Counted from the stretch's first letter, positions 9,499 to 19,393 are shown. The stretch is 64,000 nucleotides of DNA from Sphingomonadaceae bacterium (GCA_046348605.1 JAXMDW010000001.1:712739-776738), one strand, 5' to 3'. Notes: generated by a model not told the origin, from the sequence alone. Numbers and translations: made by a program.

Positions 9499-10932
9499 AT
9501 GACAGAAAAGCTCCAGTCCTATGAGCCCGCTACGGGCGCATTGCTGTGGGAAGGGTTGCCGGGCGATGTTGATGCGGAGGTGGAACGCGCCGCCTCGGCA
9601 TGGCCGCTATGGGCTGCCCAGCCCGTCACCAATCGCATGGAAACCCTGCGCCGCTTCGCCAACGCCGTCCGCGCGAAGGAGGAGGCGCTTTCTGATCTGA
9701 TCGCGCGCGAGACTGGCAAACCGTTATGGGAAGCTCGTATGGAAGTCTCATCCGTCATCGGGCGGGTAGACATGCACATCTCGACCTATTCCGAGCGGAC
9801 AGGACAGAAGCGCATGGATGGCGCAATGAACAGTCGCCAGAGCGTCCGCCACAAGCCGCACGGCGTGATTGCGGTGATCGGCCCGTATAATTTCCCGGCG
9901 GATGTGCCAGCGGGCCAGATCATACCCGCACTCATCGCCGGCAACAGTGTGGTGTTCAAGCCATCCGAGAAGACCCCAGCAACCGGCGCCCTTCTGATGG
10001 CGCTGTTTCAGGACGCCGGTGTGCCGCGCGACGTTATCCGCTTCCTGCCCGGCGGCCCTGAAACCGGCAAGCAACTGGTTAAGCATGAGGGCATCAACGG
10101 TGTGCTCTTCACCGGTTCGGCACGCACCGGGATCACGATCAACCGTATGCTCGGCGCTTACCCGGAGAAGATCGTCGCGCTGGAAATGGGCGGCAATAAC
10201 CCGCTTGTCGTGTGGGACACGCCCGATCTCGCCACCGCCGCGTTTATCATCGTGCAATCCGCTTATGGCACCTCCGGCCAACGCTGCACCGCCGCGCGCC
10301 GCCTGATTGTGAAGGACAGCCTCGCCAATGGCATCGTTGCAGAGCTGCGCAAGCTGATTGCGCGTCTGATCGTCGATCATCCCCATGCCGATCCCGCCCC
10401 GTTCATGGGGCCGGTGATCGATAACGAGACGGCAGATGGCTTGAGCGAGAGTTTCATGGCGCTGATGGGCATGGGCGGCAGGCCGCTCGTCCACCTGAAG
10501 CGCCCGCAGGAAGACCGCCCTTTCCTCTCCCCCGCGCTGATCGATATGACAAGCGTGGATGAACGACCGGACATCGAGTTGTTCGGCCCCATTCTTCAGC
10601 TCATCCGCGTCGACAGCTTCGATAGCGCCATCCGCGAGGCAAACGCCACACGCTACGGCCTCTCCGCCGCGCTCATAGGCGGATCGCCAGAGCAATATGA
10701 CCAATTCTGGCGACAGGTGCGTGCCGGGATCATCAACTGGAACGGCCCGACTTTCGGTATCGGAGGCGCGGCCCCGTTTGGCGGCGTCGGTGTCTCTGGC
10801 AATCACCACCCCGCGGGCGGTTATGCGGCTGATTTCTGTGCTTATCCCGTCACTTCCTCGGAAGCGGAGCAGCCACGCGCGACTATCGGCATCGGCCTCA
10901 CACCAGTCGATACAAGCAGTATGGGTGATTAG
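9499..10932 (+). CDS. astD: Aldehyde dehydrogenase, succinylglutamate-semialdehyde dehydrogenase (AstD)-like
   Basis: PYNFP, KPSE, FTGS, LEMGGNNP, GQRCT, ELFGP and SGNH...AADFCAYPV motifs; start at ATG 9499. Confidence 0.75.
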   Translation: MTEKLQSYEPATGALLWEGLPGDVDAEVERAASAWPLWAAQPVTNRMETLRRFANAVRAKEEALSDLIARETGKPLWEARMEVSSVIGRVDMHISTYSERTGQKRMDGAMNSRQSVRHKPHGVIAVIGPYNFPADVPAGQIIPALIAGNSVVFKPSEKTPATGALLMALFQDAGVPRDVIRFLPGGPETGKQLVKHEGINGVLFTGSARTGITINRMLGAYPEKIVALEMGGNNPLVVWDTPDLATAAFIIVQSAYGTSGQRCTAARRLIVKDSLANGIVAELRKLIARLIVDHPHADPAPFMGPVIDNETADGLSESFMALMGMGGRPLVHLKRPQEDRPFLSPALIDMTSVDERPDIELFGPILQLIRVDSFDSAIREANATRYGLSAALIGGSPEQYDQFWRQVRAGIINWNGPTFGIGGAAPFGGVGVSGNHHPAGGYAADFCAYPVTSSEAEQPRATIGIGLTPVDTSSMGD

Positions 10933-11017
10933 CCGCCAAACACCCGAAAAGATTTCCTTGGCGCTGCCAAAATCATTTTGCGTTGCGAAATGAAGCGCGC
11001 CACGCCATCTGCCGAAC

Positions 11018-11806
11018 ATGGCAGAAGCTTCACCCTCTTCACGGCGCGGGACCGTCTATCTCGTCGGCGCTGGCCCGGGCGATCCGGACCTGCTGACCCT
11101 GCGCGCCGCGAAGCTGATCGGGGCGGCGGATATGATCGTGCATGATGGGCTGGTGGACGACGCCATTCTGGCGCTAGCACCTGCCGGAGCCGAGCTGATC
11201 TCTGTCGCCAAGAGCCGCGCGCGCCACACTTTGCCGCAGGACGAGATCAACGCGTTGCTCGTGCGCGAGGCGCTGTCTGGGCGTGATGTCGTGCGCCTGA
11301 AGGGCGGCGACCCGTTCATTTTCGGGCGCGGTGGTGAGGAAATGGACGCTTGCTTCGTGGCAGGCGTGCCGGTGGAAGTGGTGCCAGGTATCAGTGCGGC
11401 GGTTGGATGCGCGGCAGAAGCCCACCTTCCCCTCACACATCGCGGCCTCTCCAGCGCCGTCACCTTTGTCGCCGGGCAATGCCAAGGGCTAGCCGAGCAG
11501 AACTGGGCGGGCCTCGCAGGCAAGGACCGCACCCTCGTCATCTATATGGGCATCGCCTCAGCGCCGCTGATCTCGGAGAAGCTGATCGCGGATGGCGTAT
11601 CGCCCTCCATGCCGGTCGCAGTGCTGGAAAAGGGCACACGCACCGACAGCCGGGTGGTCAAAACCGATCTCGTCGGTCTGGCGGGCGCTATCGAGCGCGA
11701 AGGCATAGTCAGCCCCGCCCTCATCATCATCGGTGATGTCGCCAGCAGGGCTGACAAACATACACTCCGGTCTTTTGCTGACCGGACAAGGGAGGACGTG
11801 AAGTGA
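11018..11806 (+). CDS. cobA: Uroporphyrinogen-III C-methyltransferase (SUMT)
   Basis: LVGAGPGDPDLLT, RLKGGDPFIFGRGGEE, VVPGIS. Confidence 0.95.
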   Translation: MAEASPSSRRGTVYLVGAGPGDPDLLTLRAAKLIGAADMIVHDGLVDDAILALAPAGAELISVAKSRARHTLPQDEINALLVREALSGRDVVRLKGGDPFIFGRGGEEMDACFVAGVPVEVVPGISAAVGCAAEAHLPLTHRGLSSAVTFVAGQCQGLAEQNWAGLAGKDRTLVIYMGIASAPLISEKLIADGVSPSMPVAVLEKGTRTDSRVVKTDLVGLAGAIEREGIVSPALIIIGDVASRADKHTLRSFADRTREDVK

Positions 11807-12099
11807 AGATTTTGACGGCAAACGATCTCGCGACCGGCGATGTCGTCTGGTGGGCGGGAGACGGCTGGAGCCGCCTGCTGGTGGAAGCGATCGATGTCGA
11901 TGGCAAGGGCGAAGAGATCGGCAAGCGCGAGGAAGCCGCGCGCCATGTCGTCGCCGCCTATGTGATCGACGGCGAAATGACCGCCGACGGCCCCCGCCCC
12001 GCGCACATCAAGGAACGTATTCGCGGCCTTGGCCCGACCGTCCGCCCGGACCTGACCCTGAAGCCAGAGGCAAACGACCTCACACAGTGGGTGATTTAA
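11803..12099 (+). CDS. DUF2849 family protein
   Basis: ILTANDLATGDVVWW...RERIR-like...GPTV pattern; typical position before cysI. Confidence 0.8.
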   Translation: MKILTANDLATGDVVWWAGDGWSRLLVEAIDVDGKGEEIGKREEAARHVVAAYVIDGEMTADGPRPAHIKERIRGLGPTVRPDLTLKPEANDLTQWVI

Positions 12100-12100
12100 C

Positions 12101-13732
12101 ATGTACCAGTATGACAATTACGATCAGGCGATGGTCGATGCCCGTGTCGAGGAATTCCGCGATCAGGTGAAGCGCCGCCTTGAGGGCAAGATCACTGAGG
12201 ACCAGTTCCGACCGCTGCGCTTGATGAACGGCCTCTACCTCCAGCTGCACGCCTATATGCTGCGCGTCGCTGTGCCCTATGGCACGCTCTCGGCGAAGCA
12301 GATGCGGATGCTGGGCCATATCGCCCGCAAATATGACAAGGGCTACGGCCACTTCACGACGCGGCAGAACATCCAGTATAACTGGATCAAGCTCTCTGAC
12401 GCGCCTGACATCCTCGCCGATCTCGCGAGCGTCGAGATGCACGCGATCCAGACTAGCGGAAACTGCATCCGCAACATCAGCGCCGATCAATATGCCGGCG
12501 TTGCGGCGGACGAAGTGGCGGACCCGCGCCCCTGGGCCGAGCTGCTGCGGCAATGGTCGAGCTTCCACCCAGAATTCAGCTATCTCCCGCGCAAGTTCAA
12601 GATTTGCGTCATCGCCTCGCCAGAGGATCGCGCCGCGATGCACCTGCATGACATCGGGCTGGAGCTGGTAGAGAAGGACGGCGCCATAGGTGCGCGCGTG
12701 TTCGTGGGCGGCGGTATGGGGCGTACTCCCATTGTGGCGCCAGAGATCAATCCGTTCGTCACCGAGGACGAGATCATCGGCTATGTCGAAGCGTGCTTGC
12801 GCGTTTACAACCGCTATGGCCGCCGCGACAACAAGTACAAGGCGCGCATCAAGATCCTCGTCCATGAGCTGGGCGTTGAGGAATATCGCCGTCAGGTCGC
12901 GGAAGAGTTTGAGCAGATGAAATCTCTCGGCCTCAACCCGCCACGCGAGGAGTTGGCGCGCATTGCCACCTATTTCGCCGACCCGGCCTATGAAACCGGC
13001 CTGTCGGACGATCTCGACCGTTCGGACCCGGACTTCGCTCTGTGGCTGGACCGCAATGTCGCTGCCCACAAGCAGGCTGGCTATGCTATCGCCAATATCA
13101 GCTTGAAGCCCATCGGCGGTATCCCCGGCGATGCGTCCGCTGAGCAGATCGAGCTGATGGCCGACCTTGCCGAACGCTATTCGATGGACGAGCTGCGCGT
13201 CACCCACGCGCAGAACATTGTGCTGCCCTATGTGAAGAAGGCGGACCTTTACGCTCTGTGGAAGGAGCTTGAAGCGAACGGCCTTGGCGAACCGAACCTC
13301 GATCTGGTGACGGACATCATCGCCTGCCCCGGCCTCGATTATTGCTCGCTGGCCAATGCGCGCTCGATCCCGGTCGCACAGAAGATCGCGCAGCGTTTCG
13401 CATCCAACGGCAAGGACGCGCAGATCGGCGAGCTGAAGCTGAAGATTTCGGGCTGCATCAACGCCTGTGGGCATCACCACGCCGGCCATATCGGCATCTT
13501 GGGTGTCGACCGCAAGGGCACGGAAAATTATCAGCTCCTGCTCGGCGGATCTGGCGCGGAGGATTGCTCGCTGGGCACGATCACCGGCCCCGGTTTCGAT
13601 GAAAACGGCATCGTCGATGCGGTCGAAAAGGCGACCGATGTCTATTTGCGCGAGCGCGCCGAGGGCGAGCGTTTCCTCGATACTTACCGCCGTCTTGGCA
13701 TGGCCCCGTTCAAGGAGGCGATTTATGGCTGA
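12101..13732 (+). CDS. cysI: Sulfite reductase hemoprotein (nitrite/sulfite reductase family)
   Basis: FTTRQN, LPRKFK, CPGLDYC and SGCINACG siroheme/4Fe-4S ligands. Confidence 0.92.
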   Translation: MYQYDNYDQAMVDARVEEFRDQVKRRLEGKITEDQFRPLRLMNGLYLQLHAYMLRVAVPYGTLSAKQMRMLGHIARKYDKGYGHFTTRQNIQYNWIKLSDAPDILADLASVEMHAIQTSGNCIRNISADQYAGVAADEVADPRPWAELLRQWSSFHPEFSYLPRKFKICVIASPEDRAAMHLHDIGLELVEKDGAIGARVFVGGGMGRTPIVAPEINPFVTEDEIIGYVEACLRVYNRYGRRDNKYKARIKILVHELGVEEYRRQVAEEFEQMKSLGLNPPREELARIATYFADPAYETGLSDDLDRSDPDFALWLDRNVAAHKQAGYAIANISLKPIGGIPGDASAEQIELMADLAERYSMDELRVTHAQNIVLPYVKKADLYALWKELEANGLGEPNLDLVTDIIACPGLDYCSLANARSIPVAQKIAQRFASNGKDAQIGELKLKISGCINACGHHHAGHIGILGVDRKGTENYQLLLGGSGAEDCSLGTITGPGFDENGIVDAVEKATDVYLRERAEGERFLDTYRRLGMAPFKEAIYG

Positions 13733-14156
13733 TTTCATCACTCTCCGTTCGGACGAACCGGCACAAGAGCCGGTCGTGACGCTCGAATCCTTCGCGGGGC
13801 AATCGAACGCCACCGCCGTCCGCATCGAGCCGGGCGAGGACGCACGAGAGTTGCTGCCCAATCTCGGACAGCTCTCGCTCGTCGAGGTCAACTTCCCCGC
13901 CTATACGGACGGGCGCGGCTACAGCGCGGCACGAATCCTGCGCGAGGCGGGCTATGCGGGCGAACTGCGCGCTGTCGGCGACGTCCTTGTCGACCAGATC
14001 GCCTATATGCGCCGCTGCGGGTTTGACAGCTTCAAGCCCAATGCCCCGCTCGATGATGCCGATGTCGATGCCGCCTTCGCTCGGTTTGACGATGTGTATC
14101 AGAAGACAGTCGATGGCCGTCAGCCCATTTGGGCAAAGCGCCACGAGAAAGTGTAA
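13725..14156 (+). CDS. DUF934 family protein
   Basis: FPAYTDGRGYSAARILR...ELRAVGDVLVDQ...RCGFD; ATG 13725 overlaps the cysI end. Confidence 0.88.
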   Translation: MADFITLRSDEPAQEPVVTLESFAGQSNATAVRIEPGEDARELLPNLGQLSLVEVNFPAYTDGRGYSAARILREAGYAGELRAVGDVLVDQIAYMRRCGFDSFKPNAPLDDADVDAAFARFDDVYQKTVDGRQPIWAKRHEKV

Positions 14157-14160
14157 AATA

Positions 14161-14940
14161 ATGAACGCCATCGCCCGCCAGCTCGATGTGATCGACGCCC
14201 GCCCTGCCTTCACGCAGCAAGATGCCGACGCCCTCAACGCGCGCTTCGAGGGAGTGGATACGCTCGACATGCTGCGGGCGGTGTTTTCGGAAAAGCTGCT
14301 CGGCAATGTTGCAGTCGTGTCCTCGTTCGGCACCGAGAGCGCGGTGCTGCTGCATCTGGTGGCGCAGGCCGACAAGAGCGTGCCGGTCATCTTCGTCGAT
14401 ACGCTGAAGATGTTCCCCGAGACGCTCGACTATCGCGAGACGCTGATGCGCGAATTCGGCTTCACCGACAGCCGCGTCGTTACCCCGCTGGAGGATGTAC
14501 TCGCCGCGAAGGATGCCAACGGCCTGCGCTGGTCCTTCGATCCCGATGGCTGCTGCGACATCCGCAAGGTGGAGCCGCTCGCCCGCGCCAAGCAGGGGCT
14601 GGACACATGGATTTCCGGCCGCAAGGCGTTCCAGTCCGTAACCCGCCAGAACCTGCCCCGTTTCGAAGTGGAGGACGGGCGCCTGAAGCTCAATCCGCTG
14701 GGAGACTGGACCAAGGACGACCTCGAAGCCTATTTCGCCGAGCATGACCTGCCGCGCCACCCTTTGGAGGCGCAGGGCTATCTCTCGATAGGCTGCGAGC
14801 CATGCACATCAAAGGTGCTGCCGGGTGAAGACCCACGCGCAGGGCGCTGGCGAGGCTGGGACAAGGTGGAATGCGGCATCCACACCGCCTCGACCCCGCT
14901 CGCGGATCCTGACGACCCCGCCAACATGCCGGTGTTCTGA
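14161..14940 (+). CDS. cysH: APS/PAPS reductase CysH (Fe-S, APS-reductase type)
   Basis: SSFG, CCDIRKVEPL, SIGCEPCT, RAGRW, ECGIH. Confidence 0.93.
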   Translation: MNAIARQLDVIDARPAFTQQDADALNARFEGVDTLDMLRAVFSEKLLGNVAVVSSFGTESAVLLHLVAQADKSVPVIFVDTLKMFPETLDYRETLMREFGFTDSRVVTPLEDVLAAKDANGLRWSFDPDGCCDIRKVEPLARAKQGLDTWISGRKAFQSVTRQNLPRFEVEDGRLKLNPLGDWTKDDLEAYFAEHDLPRHPLEAQGYLSIGCEPCTSKVLPGEDPRAGRWRGWDKVECGIHTASTPLADPDDPANMPVF

Positions 14941-15019
14941 ACCGCTTGCCTATTTTGGCAATGACGATAGCTTCCCTCTTGCGGCTCGCTCCCCTGAGCC
15001 GCTGGGGGAAGGATCAATC

Positions 15020-15403
15020 ATGACTTCACTACCGATAACATCACTCACAGCTGCGATCTGCGGGCTTGTTCTCGTCATACTTGCCATCATTACAGGTATG
15101 CAACGCACCAAGACCAAGACCTTACTGGGCTTTGGCACGGACGATGTCTTGCTCAAGCGCATTCGTACACATGGCAATTTTACGGAAACGGTGCCGATGG
15201 CGCTGATCCTGATGGCGCTGGCAGAATTTCAGGGCGCGGGGCAAACACTGGTCTGCATCACTGCTGCATTGTTGCTTGTCGGTCGCGGCCTGCACATCAT
15301 CGGTATTTTATGGACCGCAATGTGGGCGCGCGGTCTGGGCATGTTGCTGACGATAGCCTCAATCCTCGCTCCGGCGGGCTATCTCGCGACGATCTCGCTT
15401 TAA
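15020..15403 (+). CDS. MAPEG family membrane protein
   Basis: RTHGNFTETVP and GRGLH motifs; hydrophobic; GAAGG RBS before ATG 15020. Confidence 0.85.
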   Translation: MTSLPITSLTAAICGLVLVILAIITGMQRTKTKTLLGFGTDDVLLKRIRTHGNFTETVPMALILMALAEFQGAGQTLVCITAALLLVGRGLHIIGILWTAMWARGLGMLLTIASILAPAGYLATISL

Positions 15404-15406
15404 CGC

Positions 15407-16894
15407 TCACTCATAGCCGTAATCGGCATAATCTCCGTCGGCGAGGTCGCTGAATTTGGTGGTTTTCGCATCGAATTTGAGGCGCACCTTGCCGGTGGCG
15501 CCGTGGCGCTGCTTGGCGACGATCAGCTCCGCTAGGCCGTGGATGCGCTCCATATTCTCGCGCCAAATGGCATAGGCGCCCTCGTCCTCCATCTTCGGCT
15601 CTTTCGCCATCTCGTAATAATCTTCGCGGAACACGAACCACACCATGTCCGCGTCCTGCTCGATCGAGCCGGATTCGCGCAAATCCGAGAGCTGCGGGCG
15701 CTTATCCTCACGGCTTTCGACGGCACGGCTGAGCTGGGAGAGCGCCAGCACCGGGCAGTTCAGCTCCTTCGCCAGTGTTTTCAACCCCCGGCTGATCTCG
15801 GAGATTTCCTGCACGCGGTTGTCGCCGGATTTGGACGAGCCTTGAAGAAGCTGGAGATAGTCGACCACGATGAAACCGACATCATGACGGCGCTTGAGTC
15901 GACGCGCGCGCGTACGCAGCGCCGCAATCGTTAGCCCCGGCGTATCGTCGATATAAAGCGGCAATTCCTGCAACTCCCGCGCGGCGCGGCTGAGGTTCTG
16001 GAACTCCTGACGGCTAATCTTGCCCATGCGCAGCGCCTCGCCAGAGATGCCGGATTGCTCCGCCAAGATACGCGTCGCGAGCTGATCCGCAGACATTTCG
16101 AGACTGAAGAACGCCGTGCGTGCGCCCATGTTTTTCGAAGGATCGATCCCGTCAGCATCATCGCGCAACCAGCGTGACGCCGCGTTATAGGCGATGTTGG
16201 TCGCAAGCGAGGTCTTGCCCATGCCCGGACGACCAGCGAGGATCATAAGGTCCGAATTGTGGAGGCCACCGATCTTGTGATTGAGACTATCAAGCCCGGT
16301 CGTAATACCTGACACATGCCCGCCACTGTTCAGCGCGCGCTCCGCCACCTGCACCGCCATCGTCGATGCCTGCAGGAAGTTCTTGACCGATCCGACCTCG
16401 CCCTCACCTTCCGAAACGCGATAAAGCGCGACTTCCGCCGCCTCGATCTGGCCCTTGGGGTCGACATCCTCGCTGGTGTCGAGCGCATTCTCGACCAGTT
16501 CGCGCCCCACGCCGACCAGTTCGCGCAGCAAGGCGAGGTCGTAGATCTGCTGGGCAAAATCGCGCGCGCCAATGAGCGACGCGCCGCTCGCCGTCAGCTG
16601 CACCAGATAGGCCGAACCGCCCAGATCCTTTAACGCTGCGTCCTGATCCAGCATCGGTTTCAATGTCACCGGGCTCGCCACCATGTTACGGTCGAGCAGC
16701 TTCAGGATCGCTTCATAGATGCGCCCGTGCACCGGTTCGAAAAAATGCGCGGGCTTCAATTTCATCTGCACATCTTCAGCGACTCGGTTGTCGATGAGCA
16801 GCGCGCCTAAAAGCGCCGCTTCCGCCTCAATATTGCGCGGTAGTTCTTTTGCGACGCCCTCCGGCGCCTCCACAAGTTTCAATGCTTCGGCCAT
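15407..16894 (-). CDS. dnaB: Replicative DNA helicase
   Basis: AGRPGMGKT, FSLEMS, VDYLQL, LSQLSR, SDLRESGSIEQDAD, KQRHG. Confidence 0.98.
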   Translation of the reverse strand: MAEALKLVEAPEGVAKELPRNIEAEAALLGALLIDNRVAEDVQMKLKPAHFFEPVHGRIYEAILKLLDRNMVASPVTLKPMLDQDAALKDLGGSAYLVQLTASGASLIGARDFAQQIYDLALLRELVGVGRELVENALDTSEDVDPKGQIEAAEVALYRVSEGEGEVGSVKNFLQASTMAVQVAERALNSGGHVSGITTGLDSLNHKIGGLHNSDLMILAGRPGMGKTSLATNIAYNAASRWLRDDADGIDPSKNMGARTAFFSLEMSADQLATRILAEQSGISGEALRMGKISRQEFQNLSRAARELQELPLYIDDTPGLTIAALRTRARRLKRRHDVGFIVVDYLQLLQGSSKSGDNRVQEISEISRGLKTLAKELNCPVLALSQLSRAVESREDKRPQLSDLRESGSIEQDADMVWFVFREDYYEMAKEPKMEDEGAYAIWRENMERIHGLAELIVAKQRHGATGKVRLKFDAKTTKFSDLADGDYADYGYE

Positions 16895-16978
16895 GTGCAC
16901 ATTCTCCACTCCTTGGCGTCGATATGCAAGGCCGCTATCCTGGATTTGACGTTCGCCTGTGGGCAGTTCTCAGGATGG

Positions 16979-16987
16979 TGTGGAAAA
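16979..16987. promoter_or_regulatory. Putative DnaA box upstream of dnaB
   Basis: TGTGGAAAA (reverse complement TTTTCCACA) fits TTWTNCACA. Confidence 0.5.
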
Positions 16988-17030
16988 CTATCCGCTTGAT
17001 CTTTCCGTTGCATCGCAGCACTGCTGACAC

Positions 17031-17513
17031 ATGGCCGATCCGCGCATCATCGACATCACACTCGATCAGGAGAGCATCATATGGCGCAGCGCCGATGTCG
17101 AGCAGGAGCGCCGCATCGCGATTTTCGACCTGCTGGAGGAGAATTTCTTCCGCCCCCTGCGCGAGCATGATGATGGTTATGCCGGGCCTTACAAGGTTCG
17201 CCTGTCTGTGCAGGAAGGCCGCCTCGTCATCGAGATCGACCGCGCCGATGGCACTCCGCTGGAGGCCGTGATCCTCGGCCTCGGTCGCTTCCGCCGTCCG
17301 ATCAAGGACTATTTCGCAATCTGCGATTCCTATTTTCAGGCGATCCGGCAATCGACCGCGCAACAGATCGAAACCGTCGATATGGCGCGCCGCGCGATCC
17401 ACAATCAGGCGGCGGAACTGCTGATCGAGCGGCTCGACGGCAAGATCGAGGTCGATTTCGATACCGCGCGCAGGCTCTTCACGCTCATCTGCGTGCTCCA
17501 TATCAAGCAATGA
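17031..17513 (+). CDS. UPF0262 family protein
   Basis: EQERRIAIFDL, DYFAICDSY, IETVDMARRAIHN, TARRLFTLICVL. Confidence 0.9.
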   Translation: MADPRIIDITLDQESIIWRSADVEQERRIAIFDLLEENFFRPLREHDDGYAGPYKVRLSVQEGRLVIEIDRADGTPLEAVILGLGRFRRPIKDYFAICDSYFQAIRQSTAQQIETVDMARRAIHNQAAELLIERLDGKIEVDFDTARRLFTLICVLHIKQ

Positions 17514-18196
17514 GCAAAGCCAGAAGGTTCTGGCTGCGCGCCGCGCTGGCGCTGTGCGTCCTGCTGGCAGCGCTTGGCACTGTTGGCTGGCATCAGTGGC
17601 AGTGCTGGGCGCCATCCCGCACTACTTATCCGATGCAGGGATTGGCGCTCTCCGCCGCGCAGGGCGAGGTGGACTGGGGCAGCCTGCGTGCGGCCAACCC
17701 GGATTTCGTTTACATGCGTGCGGTGTCCAACGGCGCGCGTGACCCGGCCTTCTCGCGCAACTGGGCGAGCGCGCGATCCTCCGGCATCCGCTATGGCGCG
17801 GAAATTCTGTTCGACCCCTGCTTTCCAGCCAGCAATCAGGCGACCGCCTTTATGGCAACTGTGCCACGTGACAACACCGCCCTGCCCGCCGCAATCCGCA
17901 TCGATGCTGCATCCACCTGCAAAACAGAGCCGGGTAGAGACAAGGTCGTGAGCGAATTGAACACACTTATCAACCTCATCGAGGCACATATGGGCAAGCC
18001 CGCGCTGATCCATCTCTCCCCGAAGGCAGAGAGACTTTACGGGATCAGCGCCAGCATCAACCGCACCCTGTGGCTCGGCCGGGCTTACTTCAAACCCACC
18101 TACGCCGCCCATGACTGGGTGATGTGGACCGCAAACCCCACGCGGCAGGTGAAGGGTGTCCGCACGCCGGTTGAATGGATTGTAGTAGCGAAATAG
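17510..18196 (+). CDS. GH25 (lysozyme-like) family protein with N-terminal membrane anchor; catalytic residues degenerate
   Basis: QGEVDW, FVYMRA, DPAFSRNW, QA..F, LP.AI, LW and WVMW motifs; N-terminal hydrophobic helix. Confidence 0.75.
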   Translation: MSKARRFWLRAALALCVLLAALGTVGWHQWQCWAPSRTTYPMQGLALSAAQGEVDWGSLRAANPDFVYMRAVSNGARDPAFSRNWASARSSGIRYGAEILFDPCFPASNQATAFMATVPRDNTALPAAIRIDAASTCKTEPGRDKVVSELNTLINLIEAHMGKPALIHLSPKAERLYGISASINRTLWLGRAYFKPTYAAHDWVMWTANPTRQVKGVRTPVEWIVVAK

Positions 18197-18267
18197 GGTG
18201 ACGCTTGCGGGAGCGACATTACCCGTTTAGGCACTATCGAAACATCAAAACAAGAGAACAGCACCGC

Positions 18268-18822
18268 ATGTCGATCCTTTCAGACCGTTGGATACGCGAA
18301 CAATCCCTCGAACATGGCATGATCGAGCCGTTCGTAGACCGGCAGCAGCGCGACGGCTGCATCAGCTACGGCCTATCCTCCTACGGCTATGACGCGCGCG
18401 TGGCGGACGAGTTCAAGATCTTCACCAATGTCGACAGCGCGGTGGTGGACCCCAAGAATTTCGATGGCAAATCGCTGGTTGATCGCAAGACCGACGTGTG
18501 CATCATCCCGCCCAACAGCTTCGCGCTAGCCCGCACGGTCGAATATTTCCGCGTACCCAAGGATGTGCTAGTGATCTGCCTCGGCAAATCGACCTATGCC
18601 CGCTGCGGCATCATCGTCAACGTCACCCCGCTGGAGCCGGGCTGGGAGGGGCATGTGACGCTGGAATTCTCCAACACCACGCCACTGCCTGCGAAAATCT
18701 ACGCCAATGAGGGCGCGTGCCAGTTCCTCTTCCTGCAAGGCAACGAGCCGTGCGAAGTCAGCTACGCCGACCGCGCGGGGAAATATATGGGGCAAAGGGG
18801 AGTAACACTGCCGAGGTTGTGA
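18268..18822 (+). CDS. dcd: dCTP deaminase
   Basis: [32 protein letters not shown]. Confidence 0.97.
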   Translation: MSILSDRWIREQSLEHGMIEPFVDRQQRDGCISYGLSSYGYDARVADEFKIFTNVDSAVVDPKNFDGKSLVDRKTDVCIIPPNSFALARTVEYFRVPKDVLVICLGKSTYARCGIIVNVTPLEPGWEGHVTLEFSNTTPLPAKIYANEGACQFLFLQGNEPCEVSYADRAGKYMGQRGVTLPRL

Positions 18823-18850
18823 GGTGGTAAAGGCCGGTAGCTCGCGGCAT

Positions 18851-19393
18851 TTACACCCGCTCAAGCGGCCGGAAAGGCGGATCTGGCAACTGGACGTCGA
18901 TGCGATCACCCGGACGAACTCTGCCGCTTTGGAGCACAATGGTCATGATCCCAGACTTGCGTATTAGTTCACCATTAGGTCCTTTATCCAGCACAGCGGA
19001 CAGCAGACCTTTTTGAAAACTGTCGATCTGAGCGCAAGGATTGCGAAGTCCTGTCACTTCCAAACGCGCATTTTCGCCAACCTCCAGAACCGTTCCTAAC
19101 GGCAACCTTAGAAGGTCAACCCCCTCAGTGGTGATGTTCTCACCAAGATCGCCGGGCTTTACTGTAAAGCCCCTGTTTCCAACCTCATCGAATAATTCTG
19201 AATGGATCAGATGCACTTGGCGAAGGTTCGGCTGCGCAGGATCGGCTTTAACACGCGAGCGATGCTTCACCTTTTTCCCTTTGTGCGCGTCACCCTCAAC
19301 ACCGAGACCCGTGATGATCTGGATTTCGTCCACAATTTCCTTTGAGAAGTTGTGGCCCGCATCCCTGGCTACAGCGATTACCTTCCCCACCAC
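18851..19393 (-). CDS. MOSC domain protein
   Basis: GVEGDAH, RQVHLI, PGDLGENITT, TGLRNPC, GRVRPGD. Confidence 0.9.
   Translation of the reverse strand: MVGKVIAVARDAGHNFSKEIVDEIQIITGLGVEGDAHKGKKVKHRSRVKADPAQPNLRQVHLIHSELFDEVGNRGFTVKPGDLGENITTEGVDLLRLPLGTVLEVGENARLEVTGLRNPCAQIDSFQKGLLSAVLDKGPNGELIRKSGIMTIVLQSGRVRPGDRIDVQLPDPPFRPLERV

Noticed and set aside
12080-13891. 603-aa ORF antisense to cysI (likewise 9748-11019, 28898-30199, 32864-33652, 58094-59155, 61902-63005)
   Set aside because: Same antisense artefact of high-GC coding sequence; no recognisable domains.
16951-16969. GTTC...GTTC upstream of dnaB as a possible LexA box
   Set aside because: The spacer is 11 nt, not the required 7.
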